Shown one piece after another: positions 1-8,006 of a stretch of DNA of 31,464 bases. Location of the stretch: IMG/VR virus record IMGVR_UViG_2563366860_000002; one strand, 5' to 3'. Positions within the stretch are counted from its first letter, which is position 1, and every line of letters begins with the position of its first letter. A model generated the notes under the pieces. The model made no database searches and was not told the origin of the DNA. It saw only the letters and a list, made by a program, of their open reading frames with translations. The stretch is from a virus. Taxonomy: Duplodnaviria; Heunggongvirae; Uroviricota; Caudoviricetes. Position numbers and translations under genes: made by a program.

Positions 1-80
1 CCAAATCGTTGCAAATCCCCGTAAAGGCAGATGCGTGCCATGCCCGGTGACGCCAGAGGGAGTGTGTGCGTCGCTGCCAT
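1..80 (-). CDS. I: Tail assembly protein I, N-terminal fragment only (gene continues past window start)
   Basis: ATG at 80 on minus strand gives MAATHTLPLASPGMARICLYGDLQRFG..., matching my recollection of the lambda gpI N-terminus; starts inside the 3' end of K in another frame as in lambda. Confidence 0.55.
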   Translation of the reverse strand, partial: MAATHTLPLASPGMARICLYGDLQRF

Positions 81-721
81 TTGTCGGTGTACCTCTCTCG
101 TTTACTCAGTTGTTCAGGAATATGGTGCAGCAGCTCGCCGTCGCCACAGTAAATGGCGGCATGATTCGGCACCGATGAACCAAAACAGCACAGCAGCACA
201 TCGCCCGGCTGGGCCGCTGACAACGGCACCTGATACAACCCCGTTGCCTCCATATTATCCAGATAGAGATTCTGGCCGTGACGCCACCAGTCATCCCCGC
301 GATGAAAATCCGGCATCTCAATTCCCGCCAGATGGTAAGCGTCCCGGAACAGCGTGTAACAGTCCGTCACCCCGTGCTCAAAGCGCCGCCCGGTGAGATG
401 CGGCACACAGCGGAATTTATGAATCGCCCCCCGGCAGACCAGCCACCACGGCAAATCACTCTGCACCTGCAGCCGCCGGTCGGCCTCACTCAGCCAGGGC
501 AGACCACCGGGGTGGCTGTGGACCAGCGCCACAATCTCTCCCTGCATTTCTGCACTCAGCCAGTCCTCCGGCGACATCCGGAAATACGCCTCCGGCTCAC
601 CAGAGATATTCACGCAGGGAAAATATCTTTCCCCCTCCGGTGTTCTCACCACGAAGCCGCACGACTCCGCTGGCGCACATCGCCGGGCGTGCGCCAGAAT
701 CGCTGATTCTGTCTCTGTCAT
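1..721 (-). CDS. K: Tail tip assembly protein K (JAMM/MPN motif plus NlpC/P60-like region); 3' end at or beyond window start
   Basis: ATG at 719-721 (minus) 5 nt after L stop; hand translation MTETESAILAHARRCAPAESCGFVV...ALVHSHPGGLPWLSEADR... contains the E...HxH...S..D JAMM motif; no stop found down to position 2; absent from ORF track because truncated. Confidence 0.8.
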   Translation of the reverse strand, partial: MTETESAILAHARRCAPAESCGFVVRTPEGERYFPCVNISGEPEAYFRMSPEDWLSAEMQGEIVALVHSHPGGLPWLSEADRRLQVQSDLPWWLVCRGAIHKFRCVPHLTGRRFEHGVTDCYTLFRDAYHLAGIEMPDFHRGDDWWRHGQNLYLDNMEATGLYQVPLSAAQPGDVLLCCFGSSVPNHAAIYCGDGELLHHIPEQLSKRERYTDKWQRRTHSLWRHRAWHASAFTGICNDL

Positions 722-726
722 GGGAT

Positions 727-1425
727 TCACTGCGAAAGTTTGTTAATGGAAAGGAAGCCGCCAAAGTTGCCGACGTTATTGCGAAACTTACAGCCGCTCA
801 GGCATTTGCTGCATTTATCCTTCGTGATATCGGACGTCGGCTGATCATATTCATCCGCGACCGCCGGACCGTGATAACCGCACTCGTCACCGCGATAGGT
901 CCAGGTGCAGGTGTTGGCCAGCATGATGCGCCCCGGAAAAACGGCACCGTCCGTTTCCGTCGGCGTGGACAGTACAAAAGAGGCACTCACCGCGCTCAGT
1001 TCGCTGCACTGCTCGATGCGCCAGCGGCTGATCACCTCCTGCTCCGGATCGGCATCGCTGTTTCCGTTGACGAAGTTCACCGCATCCAGAAAACGGGCGT
1101 AAACCTTACGCCTGACCACCGTTCCGCCGACCAGACTCTGCAGATCTTCCGCCATCCCGGTGACCATGCCGTGCAGGTTAGAAACCGTCAGTGTCGGACG
1201 GGCAGCACTGCCCTTGCCATTCAGTTCAAAACCACTCCCCTGAATGGGGTATGCCTGATACTGCCGCCCCTGCCAGGTAACCGGCTCACCTTTTTCGTTC
1301 TGCTCATTACAGAAAAAATAACGTTCACCACCGACCTCTGTCAGATCGATTTCCCAGAGCACCACCTGGGCTGACTGAGTGAGGCGTGTCGTCTCATGAT
1401 GTGTTTCCTGTGGAATATCCTGCAT
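727..1425 (-). CDS. L: Minor tail protein L
   Basis: 232 aa ORF; MQDIPQETH...EIDLTEVGGERYFFCNEQNEKGEPVTWQGRQYQ... closely resembles lambda gpL as I recall it; same length and position between M and K. Confidence 0.9.
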   Translation of the reverse strand: MQDIPQETHHETTRLTQSAQVVLWEIDLTEVGGERYFFCNEQNEKGEPVTWQGRQYQAYPIQGSGFELNGKGSAARPTLTVSNLHGMVTGMAEDLQSLVGGTVVRRKVYARFLDAVNFVNGNSDADPEQEVISRWRIEQCSELSAVSASFVLSTPTETDGAVFPGRIMLANTCTWTYRGDECGYHGPAVADEYDQPTSDITKDKCSKCLSGCKFRNNVGNFGGFLSINKLSQ

Positions 1426-1434
1426 CAGAGCCTC

Positions 1435-1764
1435 CTATGCCACGACCTGTTCAAAATCTGCCGTTATGGTTACCCACAACGCCCCCACGCTTGCCGACCA
1501 TTTACGACAAACCACCCTGATCGGCTTCCAGTCATAAGGTGGCGTCCACTGAAATGCGCGGACGCCACCGTGCCGTTCCAGAAAGGCTTTTAAAGATGGG
1601 TGTTCACATTTACGAACACGTATCGTCACGCTGTAAGTCGACAACTGGTTATTCAGTCCCGCCGCACGACGCTGTTCATAACCATCGCCAAGCTTCACTG
1701 TCACCACTTTCGGCTCTGATACCACATTCATATCCGGGCGCACTTTCCAGTGAAACGTCTCCAT
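1435..1764 (-). CDS. M: Minor tail protein M
   Basis: 109 aa ORF METFHWKVRPDMNVVSEPKVV...EFEQVVA resembles lambda gpM (109 aa); start overlaps H stop by 1 nt. Confidence 0.9.
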   Translation of the reverse strand: METFHWKVRPDMNVVSEPKVVTVKLGDGYEQRRAAGLNNQLSTYSVTIRVRKCEHPSLKAFLERHGGVRAFQWTPPYDWKPIRVVCRKWSASVGALWVTITADFEQVVA

Positions 1765-4700
1765 TACCGATATGCTCCACTTAACCGACCACCATCACGG
1801 GCCTGCTGTTGCATAAAGTCCGCTGCCGCTTTTTTCCCGAGGTCATAAACCGCCTTCAGGGCAGCCGGACCTATCTGCCCGTTCGTGCCATCGTTATTGA
1901 TCTCGATGTTGTACTGCGGGGAAAACATCGCCATACCTGAACCCCCAATATCCGCCACAACCCCCAGCTTACCGTCAGCACCACGACGCAATGGCAGAAT
2001 GGCTTCAGGTCCCGCTTCCCCCATCACACCCGCGCCTTTTGCAAAAGCAAAAAACGTCGGACGGTTAACCACCGTGCCACTGTAACGACTCAAATCAGCA
2101 GACTGATAAATCCCCCCATTGGCATTCAGGGAAAGGCTGCTGAGATCAAATCCCAGCACACTGCCAATCCCTTTTATCGATTTCATCATGGTTGCCTGCG
2201 CCAGGATTTTCGCCATATCTGACAGCACAGAAGAGGTGAAGGATTTGAAATTGAGTTTGCCGGTAGTGACAAAAGTTGCCAGGCCATTTCCCATGTTGCT
2301 GAAGGCTGACGAGAACACCTGTTCTGCTGTTCCTGCCGTATTATCTGCATCCACGGTAAAATCCTGAAATGCACGCAGGACTCCGTTTTTCCAGTTACCC
2401 TGCACAACTTCAAGCTGTTGCCAGTAACGGCGATTCTCATTCAGTTGTCGGTTCAGGCTCTCCGTCAGCGCCTGCTCGGCCTTTCTGTAGTCATCCGTGT
2501 TATATGTTCCTTTCTGCTCACTATCCCGCCTCAACTGCTCCAGCTGTTGCTGGTATTTCTGGCGAAGACTCAGTTGTACCTGATATCGCTGCCGCTGCTG
2601 ATCACCCATACCCACCGTGGCGATATCCAGGTCATGTTGCTGACGCTGAGCGCGCTCTTCTTCAGCCAGTTGACTGGTCAGCTGAATTGTTTTTTTCTTC
2701 AGCTCGTTGAGTGCCGTCTGTTTCTGAAGCTCCTGCTGTTTTACATCCAGCAGCGTCAGTGCCTGAATCAGTTCATCTTTACGGGCCAGCACACTCTTTT
2801 CATCTGCCGTCAGTTTTTTCCCGTCCAGGTCGCTGATGCGCTGCTGCAGAGCCAGAAGCTGTTTATGCGCTTCTGTCATCCTTTCCGTGGCAATGCCTGC
2901 TGACTGTCTGGCAGCAGCAATCTGTCCTTCCACCTGTGCCTGTTGCTGACTGTACTGCAGCAATAACCGGGTGGCCTCATCATTACGGGGTTCGCGTGTT
3001 TTTTTCTTACCGGATGCCAGGGCTTTCTCGTAACGTTCATTTTCACGTTGTATCGCTGCATCCCTGACAGCCTGATCGGCGTACTGCATGGAATTAATAC
3101 GCGCAATTTCACGCTGATGTCGTGCTGCTTCCGTTTCATTCATCCGGTTCAGTGCAGCATTTTCAGCATTACGTCGTTTCTGTTGCTCCTGATAATTCCG
3201 CTCTGCCTGCTCTTTTGCATCCTGCAAATCCTTCTGGCGTTTTTTCTCCTGAAGATCGTTAAGACGCTGCTGATCGTATTCAACCTGAGAAGATGATGCC
3301 GTCCAGGGGAGTCTTTTCGCCCGCGACACTTTCTCCTGTAAAGCGGCAATCTGTTCATCCAGCGAGTCTTCACGACCAATATTCATGGCCGCATCCCAGA
3401 AACGACTCCACAAATCAGACAGATACTTCAGCGTACTGCCAAGCGCATTGAGGTTATTATCAATATCCGCAGTACGCCGACCGGTTTCCTCTGCCAGTGC
3501 AGACATGGCTATCCGTGCAGCATCACTGGACCGTCCCTGATCCCCAAGGACACGTATCTGCTCAAGCTGAGTGGCAGTAAGAAAATGCAGCTCATTGTCC
3601 AGAGCCTTCGCGGCATTTACAGGATCATCCTTCAGCCGCTTAAACTGATTTATGGTATCGCTGACCGACTGGCCAACCGATCGCTCCATCTGTGCGGCAG
3701 CTCTCGCCACCATACCGATATCGTTTCCACGAAATGCACCACTCCCCACCACCTGAGCCAGCGCACCGGCTGCAGCATGTTGCGTGATACCATTCCCGGA
3801 AATAGCACGACTGAGCGTCCACAGCTGCCCGGCAGTGACTCCGGCATAATGCCCCGTCAGCGACAACTGGCGGTTAAATTCTTCCCCCTCCTTCTGACCG
3901 TCATACCAGGCTTTACCCAGACCATAGACGGACGCGGCAATACCGCCAATAACCCCGCCAAGCATCATGCCTTTCGGTGACATCAGAGTGTCTATCCATC
4001 CGGCACGGTTAGCCAGCGTTATCCCGGATCCCCTCAGCGCCCCTAAATTGCCGCGGGCCAGTTCACCTATCAGAACGCCAATCTCCTGGCGGGCCGCTGC
4101 ACTTTTCAGACCCAGCGAATGCGTGGCTTTTCCTGCCTGCTCCATTTTGCGGATATACACTTCTGCAGCACTGCTTACCCCCAGCTGGGCAGCCTTAGCA
4201 CGAAGCAACTCAGAAGAAGAAAGATTCTGGCGGGTTGCCTGCTCTTTAAGCTGACGGATAAACGCCACTTTCTGTCGGGTAGCCTCTTCCTCAGCCTGCG
4301 TAAGAACACGGGTTTTCGCCGTAACCTCAGAAATCAGCGCCAGATAATCCTGCTGACCAATCCCGCCACTGTTTCTGGCCTGTCGGATCTGCTGCTGAAT
4401 ACGCTGTAATTCCTGCAGCCCCGCACTGGCCTGTTTCACACTGTCAATCTGACGATAAAACGCGGCAGCCGCTTTATCCTGAGCCTCCGCCAGAGCCATG
4501 GCCTGCGCCTGTTCCTCGCGCATTTTCTGGCTCAGTGCCTCCATACGCTGGCGGGTTTGCTCCACCTCGCGGGCCATGCGTTCATGAGCCTGTGCGCTCT
4601 TCTCCACCGTCTGCGCATGGACGGATGCGGCTGTTGCAGCCGAAGAAGCCGCCTGCATTGTCTGCCGGGCGGCCTGAGTCTGACGCTCCATAAAACGCTG

Positions 4701-4829
4701 CATACGGGCAGAAGACCGTTCTGCATCGCTGGCTGCACCATTCAGAAGGTTTTTGATACGGGGAATTTCATTTTTAAACTCTGCCGCATCAATCCCCAAA
4801 TCAATGACCAGGTTGGCTATCTGGTCCAT
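1764..4829 (-). CDS. H: Tail tape measure protein (gpH-like)
   Basis: 1031-codon ORF beginning with TTG at 4859; likely ATG start at 4829 (MDQIANLV...) with GGAGG ~9 nt upstream; long coiled-coil Q/A/R/E-rich centre and Gly-rich C-terminal segment typical of tape measure proteins; sits between G-T and M. Confidence 0.9.
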   Translation of the reverse strand: MDQIANLVIDLGIDAAEFKNEIPRIKNLLNGAASDAERSSARMQRFMERQTQAARQTMQAASSAATAASVHAQTVEKSAQAHERMAREVEQTRQRMEALSQKMREEQAQAMALAEAQDKAAAAFYRQIDSVKQASAGLQELQRIQQQIRQARNSGGIGQQDYLALISEVTAKTRVLTQAEEEATRQKVAFIRQLKEQATRQNLSSSELLRAKAAQLGVSSAAEVYIRKMEQAGKATHSLGLKSAAARQEIGVLIGELARGNLGALRGSGITLANRAGWIDTLMSPKGMMLGGVIGGIAASVYGLGKAWYDGQKEGEEFNRQLSLTGHYAGVTAGQLWTLSRAISGNGITQHAAAGALAQVVGSGAFRGNDIGMVARAAAQMERSVGQSVSDTINQFKRLKDDPVNAAKALDNELHFLTATQLEQIRVLGDQGRSSDAARIAMSALAEETGRRTADIDNNLNALGSTLKYLSDLWSRFWDAAMNIGREDSLDEQIAALQEKVSRAKRLPWTASSSQVEYDQQRLNDLQEKKRQKDLQDAKEQAERNYQEQQKRRNAENAALNRMNETEAARHQREIARINSMQYADQAVRDAAIQRENERYEKALASGKKKTREPRNDEATRLLLQYSQQQAQVEGQIAAARQSAGIATERMTEAHKQLLALQQRISDLDGKKLTADEKSVLARKDELIQALTLLDVKQQELQKQTALNELKKKTIQLTSQLAEEERAQRQQHDLDIATVGMGDQQRQRYQVQLSLRQKYQQQLEQLRRDSEQKGTYNTDDYRKAEQALTESLNRQLNENRRYWQQLEVVQGNWKNGVLRAFQDFTVDADNTAGTAEQVFSSAFSNMGNGLATFVTTGKLNFKSFTSSVLSDMAKILAQATMMKSIKGIGSVLGFDLSSLSLNANGGIYQSADLSRYSGTVVNRPTFFAFAKGAGVMGEAGPEAILPLRRGADGKLGVVADIGGSGMAMFSPQYNIEINNDGTNGQIGPAALKAVYDLGKKAAADFMQQQARDGGRLSGAYR

Positions 4830-5528
4830 AACGCACACCTCCGGAAATACCTTCCCCAAGATGCATCAGTTCTTCGTCCGTTCGCTCCGGTATCCCGTTC
4901 TCTTCCGGTAAAAGGCTGAAATCAGCCACCGCAGCATCACTGCTACCGGACACCATTCTCACGATCAATGCCTTCAGCGAGGCAAACTGCGCATCCATCC
5001 ACACATCACTGAAGCTCTGCATCCGGAAATAATCGCCCCACTCACCAAGCTCAGTGGCCGACATTTCCGACAGCATCCGCCGCCAGTCTGCCCGCCGGAA
5101 CTCCCGGGCAAGCCGCATGACAAACTGCATTTCCCGCGTCAGGACTTTTCCGGCGTCAGCACCTCATGCTCCAAATCCCCGGCATTCTCAATGACTCCCA
5201 TACCGCTCAGCGACAGAACCATCTCCGCCCCCGCTCCCAGGGCATCATACGACCATGTTGTAATAACGGATGCGCAAAGCGTCTCAACATCCTGAGACTG
5301 TTCCGCATTCCACAGTGAGCGGGAAACCAGCCAGGCATTGATATCCATCCCCATCCGCAGAAAAGCAATCTGTCGTTCAGCCTCCGGCAGTTCTCCCTCT
5401 TCGGCATCAAACTTTGCCGTTCGCTGCTGAACAAACGCCAGATATTCAATTCTCTGCAGCCCGGACAGCTCACTGAGCACCACGGACTGCTTTTCATAAT
5501 TAAACGTGCCCTGTTTCAGAAACATCAT
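4801..5528 (-). CDS. Tail assembly chaperone G-T fusion, produced by a putative -1 programmed frameshift near the 3' end of G (T frame 4801..~5153)
   Basis: ORF 4801..5130 is in the -1 frame relative to G and stays open upstream across the G stop; A-rich CCGGAAAAG stretch at ~5145-5153 lies where lambda has its GGGAAAG slip site; junction not proven. Confidence 0.55.
5139..5528 (-). CDS. G: Tail assembly chaperone G
   Basis: ORF 5139..5567 with tandem ATGs at 5528/5525 (MMFLKQGTF...SELSGLQRIEYLAFVQ) preceded by GGAG; N-terminus resembles lambda gpG; position between V and H. Confidence 0.8.
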   Translation of the reverse strand: MMFLKQGTFNYEKQSVVLSELSGLQRIEYLAFVQQRTAKFDAEEGELPEAERQIAFLRMGMDINAWLVSRSLWNAEQSQDVETLCASVITTWSYDALGAGAEMVLSLSGMGVIENAGDLEHEVLTPEKS

Positions 5529-5541
5529 GTTCTCCACCTGC

Positions 5542-5565
5542 AAAAAAGCCCCGGATAACCGGGGC
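5542..5565 (-). terminator. Intrinsic-terminator-like hairpin between V and G (probable partial terminator)
   Basis: Minus strand reads GCCCCGG-TTAT-CCGGGGC followed by TTTTTT, 20 nt after the V stop and just before the G RBS. Confidence 0.45.
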
Positions 5566-5585
5566 AAATGATGAGTATCGTCCTG

Positions 5586-6329
5586 TTAACCTGCGGCGCT
5601 GACAGCCACCGCAGCCACTGCCACAAAATCGCCGTCAGAAGTCATGCCCACAATGCTGACACTGCCCTGCTTCACGCCTTTCACCGTGGCCACAAGCCCG
5701 TTCAGGGTCACCGTGGCAGTCTGTGGATCTGTCGAATGCACACTGATCGCTTTGTCACTGGCTCCGTCAGGTTTTACTGTAAAGGTCAGCGTGGTGGTTG
5801 CTCCCACTTTTACACTGGCAGATGCCGGTGCCACCGTCAGCCCGGTAACGCTCACTGTTTCAGTGCCTTCCTCTGCCAGATACGGACGCCCCACACCGCT
5901 GATTTTCACTGTGCGGGTCATCACGTCTTTTGAGGCAATGGTTTTACCCAGTGAGCTCAGCCAGCCACGGAAAACATCAACAGTGCCGTTGGGATATTTG
6001 ATACGAAACGCGCAGACTTCACCGGAGTCGAACAACTGAACCAGTTTTTTCTGCCCGCTGTCACCCGGACGCCAGGCCAGCGTCGCCGAAGTATCACCGA
6101 CGGATTTCTGCCCCTGGGTTGTCGTTTTCCAGTCTGCATCTTCATCATCGAGATAAGTGTCATCTTCTGCATCAGCGGTCATTTCGCCAGGTTGCAGATC
6201 CTTCACCATCGCAAGACGCAGCCAGTCAGTGTCCGATAAAGGGTTCGCAAACGCATCGCCCTTGCCGGTGTACATCCAGAACGTCGTTCCCGCACCTTTC
6301 GTTTTTGCCAGTGGATTTGGTGTGGTCAT
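5586..6329 (-). CDS. V: Major tail protein V with C-terminal Ig-like (Big_2-type) domain
   Basis: ORF 5586..6335 (GTG); ATG at 6329 with AAAGGAGG upstream; MTTPNPLAKTKGAGTTFWMY... resembles lambda gpV; C-terminal T/V/S-rich repeat consistent with an Ig-like domain. Confidence 0.9.
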   Translation of the reverse strand: MTTPNPLAKTKGAGTTFWMYTGKGDAFANPLSDTDWLRLAMVKDLQPGEMTADAEDDTYLDDEDADWKTTTQGQKSVGDTSATLAWRPGDSGQKKLVQLFDSGEVCAFRIKYPNGTVDVFRGWLSSLGKTIASKDVMTRTVKISGVGRPYLAEEGTETVSVTGLTVAPASASVKVGATTTLTFTVKPDGASDKAISVHSTDPQTATVTLNGLVATVKGVKQGSVSIVGMTSDGDFVAVAAVAVSAAG

Positions 6330-6340
6330 TGCCACCTCCT

Positions 6341-6754
6341 TTAATTCGTGTACGTGATCTGGTACGTGATTTCCGCCATCGCCCAGGTGGCCATCTCATT
6401 ATCACGTTGATAGTTAAAACCGAGAGGGATCAGGGTGTCGATGAGTCCGGAAAGTGCCGGTATATCATTCAGGGCCGGGAAAATGGTGCTCTCCATCCAC
6501 ATATCCAGCTCTGAATCCGGTGCCTGTGCCCGGATGAAGACAGCAATATGCAGAACAGCCTGCCAGTCATCTTCATCCGTCATTTTTCCGGTGTACTGAG
6601 CATCACTCAGCCACACCGCCACGGCAGGCAGTTCCTGCGCATCAATAAATGCCGGAAGCCCGTCAAAAAACGTGGCGCTGTCTCCACACTGTTCCCGAAG
6701 GCGTGCCAGTACGGCCTGGCGGATTTGTGTATGTCGGTTCATCGGGTCAGCCAT
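6341..6754 (-). CDS. U: Tail terminator protein U
   Basis: 137 aa; ...ATFFDGLPAFIDAQELPAVAVWLSDAQYTG...DSELDMWMES...ITYQITY resembles lambda gpU; synteny. Confidence 0.85.
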   Translation of the reverse strand: MADPMNRHTQIRQAVLARLREQCGDSATFFDGLPAFIDAQELPAVAVWLSDAQYTGKMTDEDDWQAVLHIAVFIRAQAPDSELDMWMESTIFPALNDIPALSGLIDTLIPLGFNYQRDNEMATWAMAEITYQITYTN

Positions 6755-7317
6755 AACCTCAGTTGTTGTTTCAGTGCATACCCCAGCTGTTTCGGCATTT
6801 CCGCAGCAATAATGCGGTCGCGGGCATCTTCAAATGCCTGTGTCAGCGGTCCGGACAGCGGGACTTTCACCACATCAATGGGGTAACGATTTTTGCCATC
6901 AATACGCCGCATCACATGCCAGCGACCATTCGCCAGTTGCTGAATAAACGCATCCCGGAAAAGATATTTACCCACCTTCAGCACACTGCCACGGTACTGC
7001 AGTTTTCCACCACGCCGGGCCAGTCTGACCCGGGCTGTCCCCAGCTTAATAGCGGGCAGATTGCCCCGGTTAACGCGGATCCTGGCCGTCATTTTTCCTG
7101 ACGGACTGGCTTTAAACACCCGGACACGCTGACGTACCAGTTTCAGGGGGATCCCTTTCACCTGGTTATCTCCCGCAACGGTATTCCCGGCAACCTGCCG
7201 GGTGGCGACCGAGACCGCTTTCTGTGCCACACGGTTTATCGCCCATGCGCTGGCCTGTGGCACCATACGGGTATCAAGGCTGTTCAGATTACGGATGGCA
7301 TTCTCAAGCCCCTTCAT
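6739..7317 (-). CDS. Z: Tail completion protein Z
   Basis: 192 aa ORF, same length and position as lambda gpZ; overlaps U start by 16 nt. Confidence 0.8.
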   Translation of the reverse strand: MKGLENAIRNLNSLDTRMVPQASAWAINRVAQKAVSVATRQVAGNTVAGDNQVKGIPLKLVRQRVRVFKASPSGKMTARIRVNRGNLPAIKLGTARVRLARRGGKLQYRGSVLKVGKYLFRDAFIQQLANGRWHVMRRIDGKNRYPIDVVKVPLSGPLTQAFEDARDRIIAAEMPKQLGYALKQQLRLWLTR

Positions 7318-7328
7318 CCCACACCTCT

Positions 7329-7604
7329 TTACTCAATAAAGATCATTGGCTTACCGTTAAAACGTTCATGCCGTGTGACCGTCCATTGTTGTCCGTCATA
7401 AACAACGCGATCCCCGCGCCGTGGGCGGTATCCCGAAGAAAACACCACCAGAGAGACCGCAGGTCCGGACAGAGCATTCAGCTCTGCCAGTGTTTCTCCC
7501 GGGATCACAGTCATATCGACATCATTAATCGAGGCTGTCTTTCCCATCTTTCTGACCGTGATAGCATCCATACGCGCTGCCAGCCGGGAAAAGGGATCAG
7601 ACAT
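7329..7604 (-). CDS. Putative head-tail joining / head completion protein (gpFII position)
   Basis: 91 aa ORF with ATG start between the head and tail modules; function assigned by position only. Confidence 0.55.
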   Translation of the reverse strand: MSDPFSRLAARMDAITVRKMGKTASINDVDMTVIPGETLAELNALSGPAVSLVVFSSGYRPRRGDRVVYDGQQWTVTRHERFNGKPMIFIE

Positions 7605-7920
7605 TGAGTTTTACCGGCACTTCTTCTGCACTGGTTCCGGCATCTGCCCAGACAACCCCGACCAGCGGATCAGAGCCGCTGTTAGTCAGCTGAACTTTTC
7701 CGGACTTCAGATAAACCTTCTTACCCGTTTTCATGTCATCCGTTTTCAGCTTAGGCAGCATAAACACACCTTCGGTCATGCCGTCGCCTGTTTCACCCTG
7801 TGGAATATCGGTCAGCGCCACCGCAAAAACATCGCCCACCTGCACCAGATCTCCGCTGCTGATGGCTGCACTGGCAACAATCGCCACCGTTTTTCCTTCT
7901 TCTACAAAATTCTTTGCCAT
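7597..7920 (-). CDS. Small head-associated structural protein (possibly DUF2190-like / decoration or cement protein)
   Basis: ORF 7597..7965; ATG at 7920 (MAKNFVEEGKTVAIVA...) with GGAGA RBS; immediately downstream of the capsid gene; family call is from memory and weak. Confidence 0.55.
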   Translation of the reverse strand: MAKNFVEEGKTVAIVASAAISSGDLVQVGDVFAVALTDIPQGETGDGMTEGVFMLPKLKTDDMKTGKKVYLKSGKVQLTNSGSDPLVGVVWADAGTSAEEVPVKLNV

Positions 7921-7934
7921 AACTGTCTCCGCAC

Positions 7935-7982
7935 AGCCCCGTTCAGGGGCTGATTTCAGGTACAAAAAAAGCCCTTACGGGC
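7935..7982 (-). terminator. Terminator-like hairpins immediately downstream of the capsid gene
   Basis: Minus strand GCCCGTAAGGGC followed by TTTTTTT about 25 nt after the capsid stop at 8007, plus a second hairpin CAGCCCCTGAACGGGGCTG; followed by the RBS of the next gene. Confidence 0.5.
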
Positions 7983-8006
7983 CATCAGAGTTGTTGTCTG
8001 CGACGT

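Noticed and set aside
31-1374. Plus-strand ORFs 31..396, 278..706, 640..1374 and minus ORF 106..321
   Set aside because: They lie antisense to or out of frame within the well-supported K and L tail genes, have no RBS, and have Arg/Pro-rich composition typical of shadow frames in GC-rich coding DNA.
1885-4741. Numerous 60-160 aa ORFs on both strands inside the tape measure gene (e.g. 2418..2903, 3585..3980, 4557..4919)
   Set aside because: All are nested within the single long, coherent tape-measure frame; shadow ORFs.
5586-6514. Plus-strand ORFs 5568..5933, 5644..6039, 6119..6514 overlapping V and U
   Set aside because: Antisense to strongly supported tail genes; compositional artefacts.
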